Positions 60,614 through 64,000 of a stretch of 64,000 nucleotides of DNA are shown one piece after another. The DNA lies in contig JAVRCJ020000037.1 in NCBI GenBank assembly GCA_034530875.2, forward strand, positions 1 through 64,000. Direction: 5' to 3'. Position numbers and translations under genes: made by a program. Each line of letters starts with the position of its first letter. Positions within the stretch are counted from its first letter, which is position 1. A model generated the notes under the pieces. The model had not been told where the DNA came from. It did no database searches and worked only from the letters and a program-made list of their open reading frames with translations. The stretch is from Nostoc sp. DedSLP01 (GTDB lineage Bacteria > Cyanobacteriota > Cyanobacteriia > Cyanobacteriales > Nostocaceae).

Positions 60614-60646
60614 CCTCACAACTTCTTCAAGTTTTTTGCTTAACTT
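60614..60646 (+). promoter_or_regulatory. Putative activator site plus -10 box upstream of hoxW-acs
   Basis: CCTCACAACTTCTTCAAG-N9-TAACTT; an inverted related site lies at 60573-60590. Confidence 0.62.
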
Positions 60647-60673
60647 GAAAGTAGTCTTAGACAGCTAAAAATT

Positions 60674-61123
60674 ATGAATTGTAATGTCATAGCTATTGGT
60701 TATGGTAATGAATTGCGTAGTGATGATGGTATTGGTCAACAAGTAGCTAAAACGTTACAGCTATCAAACGTAAAATCTCTTCCTGTCCAACAACTAACTC
60801 CCGAACTTGCCCAAAATTTAGCCCATGCAGATTTGGCAATTTTTATTGATGCTTGTATTAATTACCAAAGTTTTGAGGTGCAAGTAGAAGCGCTTTCACC
60901 TACCTCTTTCAAGACGATCGCCGGACATATAGGGGAACCGCGATCGCTTCTGGCTTTGACTCAAGCAATTTATGGCTATTGTCCGCCGTCTTGGTGGATT
61001 AAAGTACCAGGAGTAAACTTTGAATTAGGCTGTAGCTTATCGCCAATTGCGGAAACCGGAGTGGCGATCGCTTTACAAAAAATTACCCAAATTATAGACG
61101 AAAATTTGAGCTTGTTTATTTAA
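60674..61123 (+). CDS. hoxW: Hydrogenase maturation protease
   Basis: IGYGNELRSDDGIG, QLTPELA, IFIDA; located in the hox cluster. Confidence 0.85.
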   Translation: MNCNVIAIGYGNELRSDDGIGQQVAKTLQLSNVKSLPVQQLTPELAQNLAHADLAIFIDACINYQSFEVQVEALSPTSFKTIAGHIGEPRSLLALTQAIYGYCPPSWWIKVPGVNFELGCSLSPIAETGVAIALQKITQIIDENLSLFI

Positions 61124-61168
61124 AATTTCCCTAGCTGACTATATTCCCAGCAAAGGTAACAACAACTA

Positions 61169-61732
61169 ATGCAAAAGCCTATTCAGCAATCTAGCGATCG
61201 GGCGTATGATATTTTGCGAACTGAGAAAGTTAATCCCCTCAATGCTATCTTTGCCCCCAAAAGTGTTGCCGTAATTGGTGCTAGTGAAAAGGCTGATAGT
61301 GTTGGACGCACTCTGTTATGGAACTTAATTAGCAATCCTTTTGGTGGAACAATTTTCCCTGTCAATCCTAAGCGCCACAGCATCCTGAGAATCAAAGCCT
61401 ACCCGACTATTTTTGATGTCCCGGAATTAGTGGATTTAGCAGTTGGTCGGTTAAGTAAAATACATAGTATAAATGCAGCGGAATTTGCTATTGTAGTGAG
61501 CGATCGCTGTCAGTGCCAAGGTATAGGAACGGAGTTATTACAAAGGTTACTGCAAGTGAGTCGAGATGAGCAATTAAACACAATTACTGCTGATATCTTA
61601 GTTGACAATTATGGTATGCAAAAAGTTTGTGAAGAACTTGGTTTTCGCATCCAACGCACAGACGATCCGACTGTAGTCAAAGCTCAAATCGAAGTCAAAA
61701 AATCCCCCTCAACTGCTGAATTTTCGGACTAG
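61169..61732 (+). pseudogene. Acetate-CoA ligase (ADP-forming)/GNAT fusion (Pat/YfiQ-like) with in-frame internal deletion
   Basis: AIFAPKSVAVIGASE...FPVNPK...VDLAV (CoA-binding start) joined to GRLSK...AEFAIVVSD..Q.QGIGTELL...NYGMQKVCEELGF (GNAT end). Confidence 0.88.
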
Positions 61733-61979
61733 TAAGCTTTGGTCATAGTTGTTGAAGAGGAAGTAGAGGGGAAAATAACTAATGGCTAATAATATTATGT
61801 CCGGCTAATCACTTACGATCGCCGCATCTCTAGCAAAATCCTAAAATCATCTTCTCCCCTGCCCCCTAAACGATCGGCCTTCAACCTGACATAGATATTA
61901 CTTTATAACTCTCAAGCAAAACTTCGCTGATTTCCGGTAAAATCAAGTTCTGAGGACTGTGGATTGGGAGAATTTTGGG

Positions 61980-62705
61980 GTGCCTACACTTGGCGTTAAC
62001 ATTGACCACATTGCTACCATCCGGCAAGCACGGCGGACGGTAGAACCAGACCCCGTAGCAGCCGCAGTGCTGGCAGAATTAGGGGGTGCAGATGGGATTA
62101 CAGTGCATCTGCGAGAAGACAGGCGGCATATCCAAGATCGAGATGTGCGAATCTTAAGACAAACGGTGAGAACTCACTTAAATCTAGAAATGGCCGCTAC
62201 AGATGAAATGTTAGCGATCGCTCTCGATATTAAACCAGATTATGTCACCTTAGTCCCCGAAAAACGCGAAGAAGTCACCACAGAAGGCGGACTAGATATC
62301 GTTGGGCAAATTGCTAGAATAGGTGAGATAGTTGATAAATTGCAAAGCGCTGGCATTCCAGTTAGTTTATTTATCGACGCCGAGCCTGCACAAATAGAAG
62401 CATCTGTCAAGGTGAAAGCTAAATTTATTGAATTGCACACCGGACAATATGCTGAGGCTAAGGACGAAACAAATCGCCACCATGAATTAGCCATCTTAGC
62501 TAAAGGCTGCGAACAAGCAATTAAAGCGGGACTGCGAGTCAACGCCGGACATGGGCTAACCTACTGGAACGTCTACCCAGTGGCTGCACTTCCAGGCATG
62601 GAAGAACTAAACATCGGCCATACCATCATCAGTCGGGCAGCCTTAGTAGGCATAGAACGAGCAGTCCGGGAAATGAAGGAAGCGATACATGGGCATGGGG
62701 CATAG
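61980..62705 (+). CDS. pdxJ: Pyridoxine 5'-phosphate synthase
   Basis: [45 protein letters not shown]. Confidence 0.97.
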   Translation: MPTLGVNIDHIATIRQARRTVEPDPVAAAVLAELGGADGITVHLREDRRHIQDRDVRILRQTVRTHLNLEMAATDEMLAIALDIKPDYVTLVPEKREEVTTEGGLDIVGQIARIGEIVDKLQSAGIPVSLFIDAEPAQIEASVKVKAKFIELHTGQYAEAKDETNRHHELAILAKGCEQAIKAGLRVNAGHGLTYWNVYPVAALPGMEELNIGHTIISRAALVGIERAVREMKEAIHGHGA

Positions 62706-62715
62706 GGCATTGAGA

Positions 62716-62818
62716 AGTGTGGGAGGTGTGGGAGGTGTGGGAAGAGAGGGGGGCATAAATTCTCTTTCTCCCCACACTCCCCACACTCCCCACACTCCCC
62801 ACACTCCCCACACTCCCC
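62716..62818. repeat. 9-bp tandem repeats in inverted arrangement
   Basis: GTGTGGGAG-type units followed by about five CCCCACACT units; could form a hairpin after pdxJ. Confidence 0.85.
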
Positions 62819-62870
62819 AAAAGAGGGGTTGTAACTGCGAAATCCGGAAGTAAATGTCAGCAAGAATTCT

Positions 62871-63587
62871 ATGACCGCAACACAGTCTAACAACCTGCCG
62901 CTTTGGGTACAGGATCGCGATCGCGCGATCGCAGAAAGTAGCGATACAGAGTGGCGCTATCAGACACCGCCCGATTATTCTCGCTCCAAAGAAAATTTGG
63001 CAAAAGAAAGTACGCGCAATCACCTTGAAGGTACGCTAGAAGCGATCGTGCAAAACTTGGTGCGAACCTTTGAGATGGAAGTATCTTTTAAAGCGAACCC
63101 GGAACAATGGTTATCTATTGTTAATGACAAGTTTCGCGTTAGTACCAATGGCGGAGTAGATTACACAGCAGCAGATTTATCAGCCCAAGGTACTTACAAT
63201 TTATTTATGGCTGATTCAGACCACTACAAGGCTTCCGAAGAAAGCTTTGAATCATCCGCGAAACTCTTCCATACAACATTTCCTCAAGGATTTCCTTGGG
63301 AAGTTCTGGAAGTTTTCTCAGGGCCGCCGAATGTAACATTCAAGTGGCGCCATTGGGGACATTTTAAAGGAGAATACAAAGACTACGCACCTACTGGAGA
63401 GACAGTGGAAATTATCGGCATGAGCATTGCAAAAGTTACCGATGACTTAAAGATTGTTTCCTTAGAACACTACTTCGACAATAGTCTGTTCTTGAGCAAA
63501 CTAACATCTGGTGGCAAGGCAAATGCAAACAACCAAGGAAGTGCTTGTCCCTTCAGTTCTTGGTTCAAGAAAGCCCGCAAAAGTTAA
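62871..63587 (+). CDS. SnoaL-like / pathogenesis-related family protein
   Basis: WRYQTPPDY, LVRTFEME, GTYN, GFPWEVLEVFSGPP, FKWRHWG. Confidence 0.85.
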   Translation: MTATQSNNLPLWVQDRDRAIAESSDTEWRYQTPPDYSRSKENLAKESTRNHLEGTLEAIVQNLVRTFEMEVSFKANPEQWLSIVNDKFRVSTNGGVDYTAADLSAQGTYNLFMADSDHYKASEESFESSAKLFHTTFPQGFPWEVLEVFSGPPNVTFKWRHWGHFKGEYKDYAPTGETVEIIGMSIAKVTDDLKIVSLEHYFDNSLFLSKLTSGGKANANNQGSACPFSSWFKKARKS

Positions 63588-63642
63588 TTCTTAGCGGTAC
63601 AGCGTATATTAGCGCTGAAATTATTCACATAGCAACCAAAGG

Positions 63643-63978
63643 ATGAAAATGCAAACATACCATTACGTTTTGGCCAGTCGACGCTTTCTGCTCGAAGAAG
63701 AACCGATACACGAAGTTCTCAAAGAACGCACGCGTCATTACCACGAACAAGAAAAACAAATTGATTTTTGGTTAATCGAGCAACCAGCTTTCTTAGAAGC
63801 CCCTGAGTTAGCACAGGTAAAAGCGAAGTGTCCCCAACCAGCGGTAGCAATTATTTCCACTAATCCCCAATTTATTACTTGGTTAAAATTGCGTCTAGAG
63901 TACGTGATTACAGGACAATTCCAAGCTCCTTCCGATAAAATACCCGATCCTTTAGCTTCTTTGGCTAGCGTGTCATAA
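63643..63978 (+). CDS. ycf54: MgPME cyclase auxiliary protein
   Basis: YHYVLASRRFLLEEEP..EVLKER...DFWL..QPAFL...FITWLKLRLEYV. Confidence 0.93.
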   Translation: MKMQTYHYVLASRRFLLEEEPIHEVLKERTRHYHEQEKQIDFWLIEQPAFLEAPELAQVKAKCPQPAVAIISTNPQFITWLKLRLEYVITGQFQAPSDKIPDPLASLASVS

Positions 63979-64000
63979 AAGAATGGGAAGTAGGGAATAG

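Noticed and set aside
1932..61732. Heterocyst-type xis excision elements as the cause of the broken genes
   Set aside because: Those elements interrupt genes with extra DNA and carry a recombinase; here DNA is missing and no recombinase gene is present.
62573..63023. Minus-strand ORFs with CGE, GSV or VWG repeats
   Set aside because: They are translations of the 9-bp tandem repeat and overlap real genes on the other strand.
1..64000. tRNA, rRNA, riboswitch or transposase genes; HIP1 abundance as a novelty
   Set aside because: I recognised none of these genes by eye (a covariance-model search could still find small RNAs), and HIP1 enrichment is normal for cyanobacteria.

Overview
This is a chromosomal window from a cyanobacterium, most likely a heterocyst-forming member of the Nostocales, judged by dense HIP1 GCGATCGC sites, heptamer STRR repeats, Nostoc-type MITEs and small dispersed repeats, ycf54 and a CBS-CP12 gene. 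It carries ordinary genes (mscS-like, cysC, fni, pdxJ, ycf54, SulP, aldo/keto reductase), four hybrid histidine kinases, an RsbRST stressosome operon, two toxin-antitoxin pairs, a TIR-WD40 gene, an ATPase plus STAND-WD40 pair and a bidirectional hydrogenase (hox) cluster. Two linked signals stand out. (1) Four anaerobic or fermentative loci (ppsA, hoxE-hoxF, hoxH, acetate-CoA ligase/GNAT) have lost their catalytic cores. In each, the N-terminus is joined in frame to the C-terminus, and three junctions appear to sit at short microhomologies. (2) One promoter architecture, CYTCACAA-N2-TYYTCAAR, exactly 9 bp, then TANNNT, lies upstream of ppsA, hoxE, hoxW-acs and a DUF4327 gene, suggesting a regulon I do not recognise whose main targets are decaying. 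All family calls come from recognising motifs by eye; no searches were run.
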